A DNA stretch of 64,000 nucleotides from Octopus sinensis (Eukaryota), in the NCBI RefSeq assembly GCF_006345805.1, contig NC_043011.1, forward strand, positions 19,542,464-19,606,463. The letters run 5' to 3'. This document shows positions 35,521 to 49,299 of this stretch, piece after piece. The position numbers were made by a program, and so were the translations under genes. Within the stretch, counting starts at the first letter, position 1, and each line of letters begins with the position of its first letter. Below the pieces are notes generated by a model. It did not search any database and was not told the DNA's origin. It saw only the letters and a program-made list of their open reading frames with translations.

Positions 35521-35806
35521 TTTAAAGATAGACGAAATTCCGTGTGAAAGGACGTCTGGATTGTAAAATATTAATTGAAATGCCTATGCATTATCAGCGT
35601 GTGCGTTAAATTTATATAACAATTACAATTAAATTTATATAACAATTACAATTAAATTTATATAACAATTACAATTAAAAAAAACAGCAAAATTATAAGA
35701 GACAAAATAATTAATTAAATAGAGTCTACAACTATCGAAATATATTTCTATTTATCGCAAACTCATTTTGGTCGAAGACTATTACAATAACTTACAACAA
35801 CAATAT

Positions 35807-36744
35807 GGAAGACCCCCTTCGGTCATGAATGGCCATGGGATTACACATAGGAAGTTACCCTCCGAGGTACAAGGCCGGGCAAGGTTGTTTATGGAAGGCT
35901 AGCAGTCGCCCATGCATACCAGCCTCCCCTCTCCACACCACTGTTATCCAAGGGAAAGGCAAAGGCCGATAGAGCTTGGCACCTGTGATGTCGCAACTCA
36001 TTTCTATTGCTGAGTGAACTGGAGGAACGTGAAATAAAGTGTCTTACTCAAGAACACAATACACCACCTGCCCAAGTTGCCACGCAGTGGGACTGAGCAC
36101 GGAACTCTGTGTTGGGAAGCGAGTTTCTTACCGCACAGCCGAGTTTGCGCCCCGCCTGATTAGCCATCGACAGACTATGAAATTTTCATGCATTAATTTC
36201 AATTCGTCTTATTAACAACTCAATTGACTTATTAAATGTAAACTGACCGCTGAAATAAGAATTAAGTTAAATAGTTCTCACTCATTTTGAAAATGGACAA
36301 AATTTGCACTCTTGCTGTTATATCATGTGACAGAGTGGAGGATATTCTGCACTATGAACTTGGCATGACGACTGTGTATGCCTGCCTGTGGAAGACACTT
36401 TTGCTGACACCTGATGGAAAGCTCACCAAACTGATCAAATCATGGGAAAAGTAGAAATTGCTTGAGGCCAGCTGCTTTCTTGGCAAGTTCCCTAAGTCAA
36501 GGATAAGCGTTGTGTCCATCACTTGTTTGGGAACCAGTATTTCAGAGATGAGGACGCCATATTTTCCGTTAATCACTGTTATTTTTTCCAACAGGAGGAA
36601 AGCCTTTTCACCAATAGTATCCGAAAAGCAATGGGAATATGCTGAGAAACAAACTTTATTATGTCACACTCCATGAGAAATACTAAGAACTTTTCAGCCC
36701 GGTTCGGGATTCGAACTCACAACCTCTGAGCCATGTGCCTTCAC
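35807..36744 (-). mobile_element. SINE (3990 family) flanked by a 13-bp TSD and interrupted by a ~640-bp insert
   Basis: TSD acaacaacaatat at 35794-35806 and 36743-36755. The SINE body is split between 36060 and 36700. Confidence 0.85.
36058..36699 (+). repeat. Direct duplicate of 30096-30738
   Basis: I saw only about three differences (two substitutions, one 1-bp indel) over ~640 bp. Confidence 0.95.
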
Positions 36745-37214
36745 AACAACAATATATATGTATATATATTAAGTATTAGGGTCTTACTTAATCTAGAAAT
36801 TGTTTCTAGGTTAGTTAGTTAGTCAGTTAGTTAGTTAGTTAGTAAGTTAGTTAGTCAGTCAGTCGGTCAGTCGGTCGGTCAGTCAGTCAGTCAGTCATTC
36901 ACTCACTCACACACTTACTCACTGACTTATCCTTTCAATATTCAGGAAAATTAATATAGTCTATAACACTCATTGCCTACAAATCACAATTGCCTGTGTC
37001 TCTTTTCGAATATACGATGTACCTTCTTTCCGAAGGACACTCAATACATTTTAGAGTCCATGTGCAAGCGGTTTTTTTTTTTGGTTTTATTATTTGAAAT
37101 ATTCAGATGTAAAAATATTAATCAATATTAAGCATAAAAACTTTCATTTTTAAACTGCATACCGCCGATACTATAGGAATTACATATGACCTAAATTAAG
37201 ATTTAACGACATTT

Positions 37215-37370
37215 GTCCCCGTCACTTAGCGGTTCGGCAAAAGAGACCGATAGAATAAGTACTGGGCTTACAAAGAATAAGTCCTGGGGTCGAGTTGCTC
37301 GACTAAAGGCGGTGCTCCAGCATGGCCGCAGTCAAATGACTGAAACAAGTAAAAGAGTAAAAGAGAGTAC
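37215..37370 (+). mobile_element. SINE-like 3' module
   Basis: Near-identical to 48755-48905. Confidence 0.75.
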
Positions 37371-38779
37371 TCAATGGTTTAATAGGTATATTTCAGTGTA
37401 GTATTATAGTGTAATTATTATACATGCGGTACATATAAATGAATAAAATTTTGTATAGCAATCAAACATGCAAGAGCAGTTATGTAAATGAGTAACTTAA
37501 ATAAATCATTTTGTTTGGATTTGTTAAACTGAAAGCAGTGGCTGATACTTTAGTGAACGTATCATTTCTATAATACATCATTTTGACATATAATACAAGC
37601 GATAGTCTAAATCTATACATTCTAATAGAAGTAAAACCGATGATTGTTTAAGAAATGTATTTAATAGATTGAAGTTCTAGACAAGACTGGGTGAAAATTT
37701 CAAGTTTGTTTCCACAAAATGAAGATAAATGGCTGTCGTTCCTACACAGAATGTCAGTATAAATCTTTGTTACTGTTTAACAGGATTATCATTGATATCT
37801 TGAATGAATCAACAACGTATAATCCTAATGACTATTTATTTTATCAGATGACATAGTAATGTCTATTAAGAGGGTTTATTCTGATTTTGCTATCATTCAT
37901 TCTAATGTGCGTTGAAAGCATCATTCATTCCTATCTAATGCAATTCCTTTTGCTTACATGGAAGCATGCAATAAGTATGTGTTTATTAAGACTTATAATT
38001 CATTTCACTAGTGAAGCTATACACATGTTATTTATATTCAACATATGTTTCTGACATACAAACAATAATGATGATACATGCTGTTTTGTTGTTGATATTA
38101 GTTTAGTAATATACAGAATATAACAATGTAAATACAGAAATGTTTGATTATAAGAAACATTATGAAAGTTTATACTTGCAATACACGTTTTTGTCAGTCA
38201 TGTTATCCTAATGTTTGGCGGTATTAAGGTCCATCTTATCCTTTCAAGATTATATTAGATTACCATATATAATGAGATAATTTCACACGTATCGATTTCC
38301 AGTTCGTCTTTGTATTGAGTGTCAGTAGGTGTATACTAGCCTAGCTTCTTGTCCTCTACCTAGTACAAATATTAAGGTTTCCGAATTATAAAGGAAAGCA
38401 AGAAACAAAGTAACCTGCATGATAATTGTCCCTGTCTATAAAACAAATTCTGATCGAAAATTACGCGATATCTTTCTATAACTTCACAGAGGAGTATGTT
38501 AATTTCGCGAAACGTGGTGAACAACGACTGAGAGTTATCACATCAAGCATTTCACAGTTGATGGAAAGATTCGTATTTCGTATAGTATAACCGTATGGAA
38601 ACCAGTAATGTGAGCCCTCTGTGGGGATCATTTCGCTATATCAGTATTTTCTACGCCAAACATCACATTTATTGTATTCTTAATAAATAGGTTTCAGTTA
38701 TGTTGTTCTTGCTTTTCTTTCTACTAATTTTGTAAAATATATACATGTATTTTATGCACTTTTTTTCTATATTTTAATA

Positions 38780-39524
38780 CAATCATGAATTGTCTGAAAG
38801 CAACGGCAGATCTCGAGTTAACATCTACTTTTCTCTTCATTCTAACAAACTCATTTCACCCTTTATGGATAGACTTGTGACTGGTGATGGAAAATGTATC
38901 TTCTATCGAAATGTTAAACGTTGTAAAGAGTGACTTAGTAAAATGGAAAAGCTCAATCACAACCGAGAAGGGAACTTCATGGTAAAAAGGTTCTTCCCGC
39001 TATCTTGTGGGATTGCAAAGGAGTAATTCACTTTGGATTGTTACTACCTAACGCAACAATCAATGCTCAAGTCAATTGTCAGCAATTAGAGCGTTTGATC
39101 CAAGCTTTGAAGAAAGAAAAACCTGCTTTAGTGAATCGAGGAGTGATGTTTCATCAGGACAATGCGCGACACCACACTGCAAAGATGATATCACAGAAGA
39201 TCAAAGAGCTTGGTTGGGAAAATATTCCTCATCCACCTTATTCTCCCGACGTTGCTCTTTCAGACTACCATTTGTTTCCTATTTTACAGAATCATTTGGA
39301 AACATAACTTTCGCAAGCCAGGAGATCGAAACTGACATTTCAGAGTTCTTCGCTTTGAAACCAAAAGAGTTTTACATTGATGGGATTAAAAAGTTTGCAA
39401 ATAGATGGAAGGAAGCCATAGATAATCAGGGAAAGTAAAATGATTAAATTTCAATTAAATATAACATTTGATCACTTGTTTTCTTTATTCAAATTTCGGA
39501 CAAAACTTAAGGATTGACCTGATA
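38780..39524 (+). mobile_element. 5'-truncated mariner (DD34D) relic
   Basis: FMDRLVTGDGKCIFY, WDCKGVIHF, FHQDNARHH, HPPYSPDVALSDYHLF, WKEAIDNQGK*; TIR-like end aacttaaggattgacctgata. Confidence 0.9.
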
Positions 39525-41516
39525 TAATGTCCACTAATATTTTAAATACCCTCAAAATATATATGAACTAAACTGCTGTGCATAATAATGCAGGGAAAAT
39601 TACACGATACATGTTTTGATAATACAGTTTGCAAAACGAGAGAATTCAGGAATAGCTTCTTTTAGATACGAAATTTCAACAAAACAAGAAAAGTCTGTAT
39701 ATATATGATGGATACAGAGTTCATGTTTACGGCAATTTGTTTGACTTAAAGCGTAGACTTTTGTTATAGAACACACACACGGATATTTATGTTTTGTGGG
39801 AAAGAATAGTTCATATTGTTGAGTGAATATCTGGGCATCGTGAATGCCAGCCGTACTGAGACAAAATAGATAATGCACAGATTTAAAACAATAGTTATTC
39901 TACCGAGCCTGCCCAGGAAAATGAATCAACAAAAAAGGCCATTAGTGCGAGAAGGATTTGTCTACAATCGCTTAAATCAAGATCATTATATCGTAACCCT
40001 ACTAAGTATAGTCACAAACTGTAATCTATGTACAGATGTGTGCATTATTCAAGTGGGTCTGCAACATCCCTTTCCGAAAAGGAATTTGTAGAGGGGTTAA
40101 AAGTGCCTAAGCATCAATACAGAGTAATATAAAAAAAAGCGGAGTCAACTTCGGTTGATATTGAACTCAAAACGTATAGGCATACAAAATACCGCTAAGC
40201 ATTTTTTCCAATATTAGAATTCTGCTATACATGTGTGCGTGTGAAGTTAAGTACATAATAAATCCATCCTAGGAAAAAACCGATACAACCAGAATTGCAT
40301 GCAATTAAGAATATCAAGAATTACACTGTTACATTTACAGAAACTATTCATGTAAGATAAGGAGTAAAAGGCATGGAAGAGATAGTTTGCGTTACATCAG
40401 TACTTATTAATACCACGATTCGACAAGTTTTGGTTTTAATTTTGTTTTCTCACATCCAATACTGTGTATATGTGTCGTAGTGAAGTTCCACATAAGTAAC
40501 ACAGATAGAGTTGGTAAAGTGTACATATGGGCACTATTTCCGTAATTTGTAATTTCAGCATCGTGTCAGTTATGCTAAATTTCTGATCACAGCGAAGCGA
40601 TAACAGAAGCAACAAATTTGTCTTAAACAGTCAGAAAGGAAACTACATTAAGACTATAGACGAATGAGGATAATGTAGTGAATTGTGGAAGAAATTATTT
40701 AAAAAATTGCTGTACGATCACAAACAGTATGTGTGAGCAGGTACTGTTTTGGTACAAAAACAAATTTCTGTTATAATAGATGAAGAAAATTCGCCACTTT
40801 GTGCGAAATATTATTCATTGTTTTGCAAGATTAATATGGAGAGAGCAGACAAGAAACTTCCAACTAACACACTTATGTAACTCACTTTAACCCTTTAAAC
40901 TCGTAATACATTTGCATACGTTTATTCTGTTATGCAATCGCTTCATTAACACCTTTCAGTATTTTCGTTATTGCACACAGAGCTTCATTAAACACTTCTG
41001 CGATAAAACCAAGATGTAACATGTAAACAAGAAATTTGTACTGACCAATACGAAGTTTACGTTTTACCCACCATACTATCTGTATCAGTTGGTATACATC
41101 CTTAAGCACAACGACAGAACGATGATAGTATCACAAAACAAGGTGCATATATTATGAATCGCATTGTTTCAGTCAGTTACTGTTACGGTTCGCTGAATCA
41201 AATAAATTATTGTGTGTGTGTATGTTTGCGAGTGTGTATGATTGTGTGTGTGTTTATATTTACAAATCTATCATAAAAACAAGACGAAATAATATTTCTT
41301 TATTTTTTAAATGTATATACGGCTAACATCTACATTTGAGTTCTTAATGTAAATAAATTTTCTACCTTTCTGACAGGTGAGAAGAGATAATATATATTAC
41401 AGAAAGTATATCTTTACGTGTGTATAATAAATGAATAATAACGCCATCCTTTTTAATGTTATATATACATATACACACATATACAATTATACGTGTAATG
41501 AAATATTAATAATGCC

Positions 41517-41565
<49 letters not shown>

Positions 41566-41775
41566 GCATAGTGATATTTATAGGCTGTTGTTAGAACTCA
41601 CTGTACGCATGTATAATATACAAGCACTGATCTTGTAGTGCATTGGTTGTTATAACAGAAACAGCAATAAGCTAATGAATTCGCACTCCTGTGCGCTTGT
41701 CATTGCATTAATTTGTAATACGGTTTCTATCATTCTATTTATCTATATTTCTAGCTTTCCCTCTAATTATCTCTA

Positions 41776-41858
<83 letters not shown>

Positions 41859-41936
41859 AATGTAGGATAAAATGTTTTCGAAAAAAAAAATGTTATCAAT
41901 AGCCAGCATATTAAAAAATACCATTAAAGGTTAAAT

Positions 41937-42245
41937 TATAAACAACTTATAAATAAGGACAAACGAAGTAAGTATCTCATTTACGAGTAAGTATCTCATT
42001 TACGAGTAAGTATCTCATTTACTTCTTTGCCACATGTATCACTGACGGAGGGAGGGTTCTTTTTTAACTAACCCTGAAATCGCTCCGATATGGTAATAAT
42101 GGAATTTTTTAGAGATTTCTGTCGACCTTTTTCCGAGTAGCGTGCGTACTGGAAAAATTACATGGTAAATGGATAATATGTCCAATTTTCGGCATATTTG
42201 GCATTACAAATTTTTTCGTTTGCCCTTATTTATAAGTTGTATATA
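41937..42245 (+). mobile_element. Short element with 31-bp inverted ends, a 19-bp tandem triplet and a hammerhead-like motif
   Basis: 41937-41967 is inverted against 42215-42245 (2 mismatches). gtaagtatctcatttacga occurs about three times at 41968-42022. The right end runs into (TA)n. Confidence 0.6.
42037..42095 (+). ncRNA. Hammerhead-like motif with A9G core variant
   Basis: UAUCA-CUGACGG-AGGG...CCCU-GAAA-UCG-CUC-CGA-UA-UGGUA. Confidence 0.5.
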
Positions 42246-42290
42246 TATATATATATAATATATATACATACATACATTCACACACGCACA

Positions 42291-42340
<50 letters not shown>

Positions 42341-42344
<4 letters not shown>

Positions 42345-42756
42345 GGGCGCGTAAAGTATTTAAGGACATAAGTTTTGGAATCATTATGGTATGTTTTGCT
42401 TAATCTGTGTAATCTTTGTGCCACAAAATAATAATGGCGTGATAACTCCTAACATTTGGCCTCCTAATTCCACGGATCTCAATCTATTTGACTATTGCAT
42501 ATGGAGCGGTGTTGTGAGAGAGGTCAATGAACAAGTACATAACACCAAAATGCACCAGGACCTCTTGATCTGAGCATGTACATGATTTAGATCCCATATA
42601 GAAGCAGTTTTGAGCTGAGCTGAAGGTGGGTTTATTGAATAAATTTATAGAAAAGAAGGTTTATTTTTATCCTCATACCATTTTTTGATAAATAAATTTA
42701 TTATCTATTATCTTTTATAAACACAAATCTCTCTCAAATAGCTTATGCACCATGTA
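42341..42756 (+). mobile_element. Internally deleted maT/DD37D-type element
   Basis: ITPNIWPPNSTDLNLFDYCIWSGVVREVN (WPPNSPDLNPLDY motif). Degenerate TIRs tgcagggcgcgtaaagtattt / aaatagcttatgcaccatgta (15/21 match). Confidence 0.75.
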
Positions 42757-43283
42757 CATACATATATATGTACTTGCCTGTATAGTAATGGCTTATTTTT
42801 CACTACTGTGTTATGGTTTAACCTTACATATATTTTTCATGTCTTTTATTGCATTTTTAATTTCCTGTTTTAAGTATTTACATTTTTACCAAAACATTAA
42901 TTTAAATCGCACGCGCCTCTCTTTCTCCATGAGGTGGGTGGTTTATATTAACGCTTTTTACATACAGTGTTGCATGCAAGAAGTGATATTACGAATTTTA
43001 TCAACGCCCATGTCTTCAAAATTAGTCTTTCAAATATTCTGGCTCTGAATGAATTACTTATTTTCACTTCCTTAATCCAATACACTTTGCTGCTTCAAAA
43101 TGTGAAGATATCATTTCTAACGCAGACTTGAATGAGGTTCTCATATTTCGGTGACAGTCGCGTTGCTGTCGTGCAAAGTAAACTGAAAGGAGAAAAAAAG
43201 ATATTATATAGTACAGAGCATAATAATTCAGTAAAGTCGTTTTTGCGTTTTCGTTTCAATATAGTATATATGTACATATATAT

Positions 43284-43365
<82 letters not shown>

Positions 43366-43509
43366 TACATATATATGGTGGCTGCTCCCTCGTTATCGAG
43401 TATGGCCATTGCGCGAAGCTTAATCAATGTTGTTATCGTGCAATGCCTGTGCAAGAAGACTTTTTTTGAAGTGAGGAAAGGCTGTGCGCTGAGTCAATCC
43501 ACTCACTAA

Positions 43510-43930
43510 GCAACAGCAGCCATAATCCGAAAAGAAGAACAAGTCAACATCATCGGTAACCACTGAGCAGCAGGTTTTATTTCGGAGTTATCCCAGTTAC
43601 CTGAGTTACCTTCTCCTAGAAGGATGCCCTAACACAAGCTAGGAGTCCTTCACTCCCAATGGTTTAACTGCGCGATCGGGTATTCAGTCCGATTATTTCT
43701 GTCCCCGAGCATGATAAAGCCTTAAGCCTTAAGAGAAAAAAATAAATACAGATTTATTGGATGGCCGTTGACTCTCAAGAGTTCCTCCGCCCTTTGACGG
43801 GTTTTGTTTTTCATCCCGCGGAGTGTCCAATAAACACCCTCCTCACTAAGCAAGCTTGGTGGAGTTGCTGGTTTAATCGCCGACGACCCGACCATGTAAC
43901 AGGTTGTACTGGGTTACATGTTACCAGTAG
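43510..43930. mobile_element. Unclassified retroposon fragment, possibly RTE-related UTR
   Basis: GC-richer block with gagttaccttctcctagaaggatgcc, recalled from RTE-type repeats; not confirmed. Confidence 0.35.
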
Positions 43931-44000
43931 CACTCGAAAGTGACCTGACACATACATATATATATATATACGTAGATCAATAGAAAGACAGACAGACAGT

Positions 44001-44117
<117 letters not shown>

Positions 44118-44824
44118 GAATTAAGCCTACAATTGTTGTCATATTAAGAAAAGTAAGGAAATATCATAGTGTTTTAACAATATTTAAAGCCGATCATATG
44201 GATAAATGTGCTCGCCTCCATGTTAGAAAACATTCCCGTGTAGTCCTCGCAGGTTATCGTAAAAATTCGCTTGAATAAAACAATGATTCAATGAATCAAG
44301 GGACGATATATTTGAAAGATTGTCTCTTGTACTAATTGTCTTTTGGACTAATTTCTTGTGTGATCAATTTGTTTGTATTATTTTGTTTTCTCTGTAGTTT
44401 TCTTACAATTTTCAAGTAGAGATTGGGAAGTTTGGTTCAAAACTTTCTACTTGCTAATGTTAATATCGAGTTCCTAAGGAAGAATCTATATGAGTGGTAG
44501 CTACTCTCTGATCAAATTAATGCTATCAACGCCACCAGAATGCATTATGTTATCGATTTTCATCTGATTTCTTGAACACGCATTCTCATACAACGTATAA
44601 TAACGCTTATGTCAGCACTGAATTTACTTTCAACGTAATACAGCCAAGTGTACATTGCTGTCCCTTTAGGAACTTTTATTTATCAAATTGCTGTATTCAA
44701 TCTAAAATATTAATTATTATACAATATATAAACCACTTCAATATTCAAAGTTATAGTGACTCTTACATTATTAGATGAGCAAGGAGTAGTGAGATCAACA
44801 AAACAAACAGAATACATATATGCG

Positions 44825-44862
<38 letters not shown>

Positions 44863-45123
44863 AGTATATTATATATGAGCTTGTGTTAGTGTGTGTCTGT
44901 GTGTAGTGTGTCTGGGTGTGTACATATAATATATATATCTTTGCGTGTTAGGACGTGCGCTCACATAAACCGAACGGAAATAATAGAAGGAAAAACAGTT
45001 AGAGAAGCCAAAGAACTGATCTTGTATACTTGGTCTATGTCCAAGGACGATCAGAGATTCCTTTAATTAATTTGGAAGTTTCTTTCTTTATTATATATCC
45101 CCAGTTCTCATTTCAGCGGAGAT

Positions 45124-45492
45124 AGTAAAATTAATTAATTAAAAAGTAATCAGTAATTTCACCAAGTAGCGTTCGGCATGAAAGACCATTTCATGTTAAG
45201 CTTAAGTAATACTTTATAAATAGGGTTCATCAAAGATTTGCTTCACCACATACCGAAGTTTAGAAATAGCAGTAAAAAAATCTTAGCTATCCCTTCTACT
45301 TTCAAAGGGGCTCCCAGAAAAATCAAAATACTTGATTTTTTGACTGCTATTTCTAAATCTCGGTATGTGGTGAAGCAAACCTTTGCTGAACCCTGTTTAT
45401 AAAATATTACTTTAGCTTAGCATGAATTGGTTTTTCATGCCAAATTCTACTTGGTGAAATTACTGATTACTTTTTAATTAATTAATTTTACT
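45124..45492. repeat. Fold-back element, ~150-bp arms
   Basis: agtaaaattaattaattaaaaagtaatcagtaatttcaccaagtag...gaaatagcagt is mirrored at ~45337-45492. A single-arm relative lies at 63724-63915. Confidence 0.85.
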
Positions 45493-45728
45493 CTTTGTTA
45501 TTATTGATAATAGAATTCATCTCCCAGATAGCAAACTACAGTTTCTCTCTGTAGCATCTTACTTGCCGACACGCTAAAGGGCTAGGGAGGGTCATGAACT
45601 CTCATTCGTATTTTGAATTTGGCGGCACTAGCACTGAATATGATCTCCCTGAAACCGTTAGGGGAAGAGGTATTTTCCAGTGCCTTCAAATTTAATATTT
45701 AATATTTAATAATTAATATTTGAGGAAT

Positions 45729-45821
45729 CCTACGCTGAAGAGCCGAAAATGATCGGGTAAGTTATAATTATTTATTATTTATTCTTTATACCGATCTAAT
45801 TCCGAAACGCGCGTACGTGGG
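45729..45821 (+). ncRNA. Type I hammerhead ribozyme, canonical core
   Basis: CCUACG-CUGAAGA-G...(GAUCGG/CCGAUC stem)...C-GAAA-CGCGCG-UA-CGUGGG: 6-bp stem I, G10.1-C11.1, palindromic ACGCGCGU stem III, GUA site at 45813-45815. Confidence 0.75.
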
Positions 45822-45849
45822 TAACCTATTATCGATTGATCTTCGCTAT

Positions 45850-46200
45850 TTTCCCTTTTGCATCCACTTGGTAAGTGGATCTGAGAGCCTTGCACAAAAA
45901 GAATACAAGCATCACCACGACAAAGTGTGTGCGTATCTTCATTGGATCTTATGCCGTAAATACCAATTTGAAGTAACAGGGAACGGGTATGAGCATTACC
46001 AAGTACCGTTATGCAGGAGGATGGTAAAGGAACGATACTCTGGGACTATGATTTTCAGATGGATCGTGTAGTCGAACACCGTTAGCCGGATACTCTGATG
46101 TTGATAAATTCTGTTTATAGCCATACCAATTGACATGAATGTTGTGAATGACAAGAAAGACATGTGACAAATCATTACTTGATCTTTGTAACCAGCAGAT
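45850..46200 (+). pseudogene. R4/Dong-type (restriction-like endonuclease) non-LTR fragment
   Basis: IHLVSGSESLAQKEYKHHHDKVCAYLHWILCRKY; in another frame GTILWDYDFQMDRVVEHR*PD. This matches the H..SGC..LA...Y..RHD and RPD regions of RLE LINEs. Confidence 0.8.
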
Positions 46201-46492
46201 TTAATAAAGAGTTCCTTCTTCATATTCTAGACACAGTTCATATTTAGGGCAACAGCATTATACATACCATTTATGATACTATTGTCGTTAAGATTTTTGA
46301 GCACTGGGTTGGTCCATCTAAATAATTTTTTAACAGTTATTATTTCGTATGTCTAAACGTATATGTGTATGCATGTGTGTATGTATGCATCCATGTATAT
46401 ATGTATGTATGAATACATGTATGTATATATGTATACACACAACACACACTTATGTATATATTAGAAGGTTTGGAGATGATGTACAGGTATTT

Positions 46493-46795
46493 TATATTAG
46501 AAGAAATGAGGTACTCAGAAATTCGGATGGTTTTATATTTACAGATATTTATTTACAGATGTTTTTATACATCAGATATTTATTTACAGATGTTTTTATA
46601 CATCATATAACTTATATCATATATCATATATTGGCGCTTGCGTCCATTCTGGTGGAGTTTTCAAATTAAACAGTTCAGAAGGGATGCAAGCGGTAATATA
46701 TATATGATATAAGTTATCTGATGTATAAAAACATGTAATATACAAATAAATATCTGTAAATATTAAACCATCCGAATTTCTGAGTATCTCATTTC

Positions 46796-46806
<11 letters not shown>
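46493..46806. repeat. Fold-back element, ~110-bp arms, ending in (TA)n
   Basis: tatattagaagaaatgaggtactcagaaattcggatgg is mirrored by ccatccgaatttctgagtatctcatttcttctaatata. Confidence 0.85.
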
Positions 46807-46834
<28 letters not shown>

Positions 46835-47789
46835 AGAAATTGTGATATAGATGCACATATATTAAATTAGTTTCCATTATCTGCTATTCATCGAAAGGTC
46901 TCTAGCGATTACATTTTATTAGCAAATGATAACACCTATCTTAAGATAAGTGATAATATATTTCCAAAGCAAAAAAAAATGGCGAAGAAGTTATCACTCA
47001 AATCTATTTGTTCAAAGTGTAATTTTAGGTGTCAGAAATATTCTGATTAAATTATATTAATTTGAATAATTCTAAAACCTAGTAAACTAAGAATACTATA
47101 CTTTTGCATATGATTATCATTAATTTGCATTTTCCAGTTTAACACCAGGACAACTTTCATGTATTGACCCATTGTCCGATGTTTCGGTCACACTTGAACA
47201 TCTATCATTAGAAGTACGTAGGGCTACATTAGCAATATTTTACATCTTTTAAAATTGTAGGATTTTATTTAAATATGCTTGGCTATTATTTCTCGTAGTT
47301 AGAAAGAACACAGAAAAACTGTTTCTGGAAATTTTTTCTTCCCAGTAACATCGTGTCATGTCAATGACATAACTGTAACTTGGTTAATATGGAGAAAAGA
47401 AAATGCTTTTTCTACGAGGAAAACAACTGATAGGAATGGGGGGGGGACATATTTTTTTATTGTTGTAGTTTCAAAAATTGGATTTTCTAAGCAAATTATA
47501 GTCGCAATAATTATGTTTTTCTAGAAAAAAACAAACAACGCTTCTACAAATTCTGCAGTATTTAAGGACCTTTTAATAGGATTGCATTCGTTTCTTCCCC
47601 CAGGTTTTGTAAAATACTTTGAAAAAACTGTAGCCTTCTTTCTAACAATGGTTGATATTTTAATTAACCTTCTATCTCGTGAGCTCAGAACATTTCATTG
47701 TTGTTATCCTGACTGCTCTCAAGCTTTCAAGAATTACAGATTTATATTATTATGCTAGTTGAAGGAATACAAGATTCATGTATTAAAGA

Positions 47790-47868
47790 TTATTACTATT
47801 ATTATTATTATTATTATTATTGTTATTATTATTATTATTATTATTATTGTAATTATTATTATTATTAT

Positions 47869-47906
<38 letters not shown>

Positions 47907-47913
47907 TTAGTAT

Positions 47914-47955
<42 letters not shown>

Positions 47956-48075
47956 CAGTAGCAGTAGTAGTAGTAGTAGTAGTTGTGTTTGTTGTAGTAA
48001 AAGTTGCTGTTGTTGTTATTAATATTCTCAATATCATCATCATTATCATCATCGTATTATTATTATTATTATTAT
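47790..48075. repeat. Compound trinucleotide microsatellite (ATT)n-(AGT)n-(GTT)-(ATC)-(ATT)
   Basis: Seen directly. Confidence 0.95.
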
Positions 48076-48534
48076 TAATTTTCTCCATTTCAATGCTTTG
48101 AAGTTGCCACATGTTGAAATTCTTAAGAAGATCCACGCAACTGGAAGTAGAAATATAAGATAAACTAAGAACATCAACAAATACATAACCAAGAAATGAA
48201 TTTAGATACATAGAAATTTTTTGAAATGTTGAAAAGAATAAAGAAAATTAAGACGTAAGAAAACTAACATCCAATAAAAACTATGTACATTTTTTTTTCA
48301 AATTTAAGAAACAGAACACGCACCGATTTAAGTATAATCACAAATGCATATACATTCAGAGATATAGATATTTATACATGCACACATGTGTGGATACTTG
48401 TATATATATGTACATACATATGAGAAAGGGGTACGTTACACCGCAATAATATATGTATAAAACTTATATATAAAATAGGACAAGAACGCAAAGTACACAA
48501 AGAGACGACACAAAAAAAAACAGACAGGTCATTC

Positions 48535-48993
48535 GAAGCCACATGGTTCCGGGTTCAGTCACACTGCGTGGCATCTTGGGCAAGTTTCTTCTGCTATAGC
48601 CCCGGGCCGACCAATGCTTTGTGAGTGGATTTGGTAGATGGAAACTGAAAGAAGACTGTCGTATATAGGTATATATATGCGTGTGTGAGTGTGTTTGTGT
48701 GTGCGTGTTTGACCCCCTAGCATTGCTTGACAACCGATGCTGGTGTGTTTACGTCCCCGTCACTTAGCGGTTCGGCAAAAGAGACCGATAGAATAAGTAC
48801 TGGGTTTACAAAGAATAAGTCCCGGGGTCGATTTGCTCGACTAAAGGCGGTGCTCCAGCATGGCCGCAGTCAAATGACTGAAACAAGTAAAAGAGTAAAA
48901 GAGAGATATATATACTCTTACTCTTTTTAATTCTTTTACTTGTTTCAGTCATTTGACTGTGGCCATGCTGGAGCACTGTGTTTAGTCGAGAAA
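48535..48993. mobile_element. SINE composite: head, 3' module and an inverted second 3' module
   Basis: 48835-48905 is inverted against 48915-48993 across a short (TA) spacer. Confidence 0.75.
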
Positions 48994-49042
48994 ATCAAAT
49001 GTGTGTGTGTGTGTGCGTGTGTGTGTGCGTGTATGTGCGTGT

Positions 49043-49082
<40 letters not shown>

Positions 49083-49083
<1 letters not shown>

Positions 49084-49280
49084 GCAAGGTGCGGTGAATA
49101 AATTGTCGCCTAAATTACGCAAAAATGAAGTTAACACCGACATCTCATTTTAACTGATGTATTTTCCAAATTAACATTAAAATATCTTGAAATCCTAAGG
49201 AGTAAATTTATTTTGTAAAAATCAACAGTGTCTTCAACCACAGAATCCAGGCGGCATCTGAATCTCCTGCAACACTTCCG
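49083..49280 (-). mobile_element. maT/DD37D 3' end fragment
   Basis: Minus strand KCCRRFRCRLDSVVED resembles the transposase C-terminus (AC.RFR.RLEAVVEA); TIR-like tgcaaggtgcgg at 49083. Confidence 0.55.
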
Positions 49281-49299
49281 GATGGGGACAGGGGCAGGG

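Noticed and set aside
46714-46745. ctgatgtataaaaacatgta as a hammerhead
   Set aside because: It lacks A9, stem II and the G of GAAA, and the other copies read atgatg.
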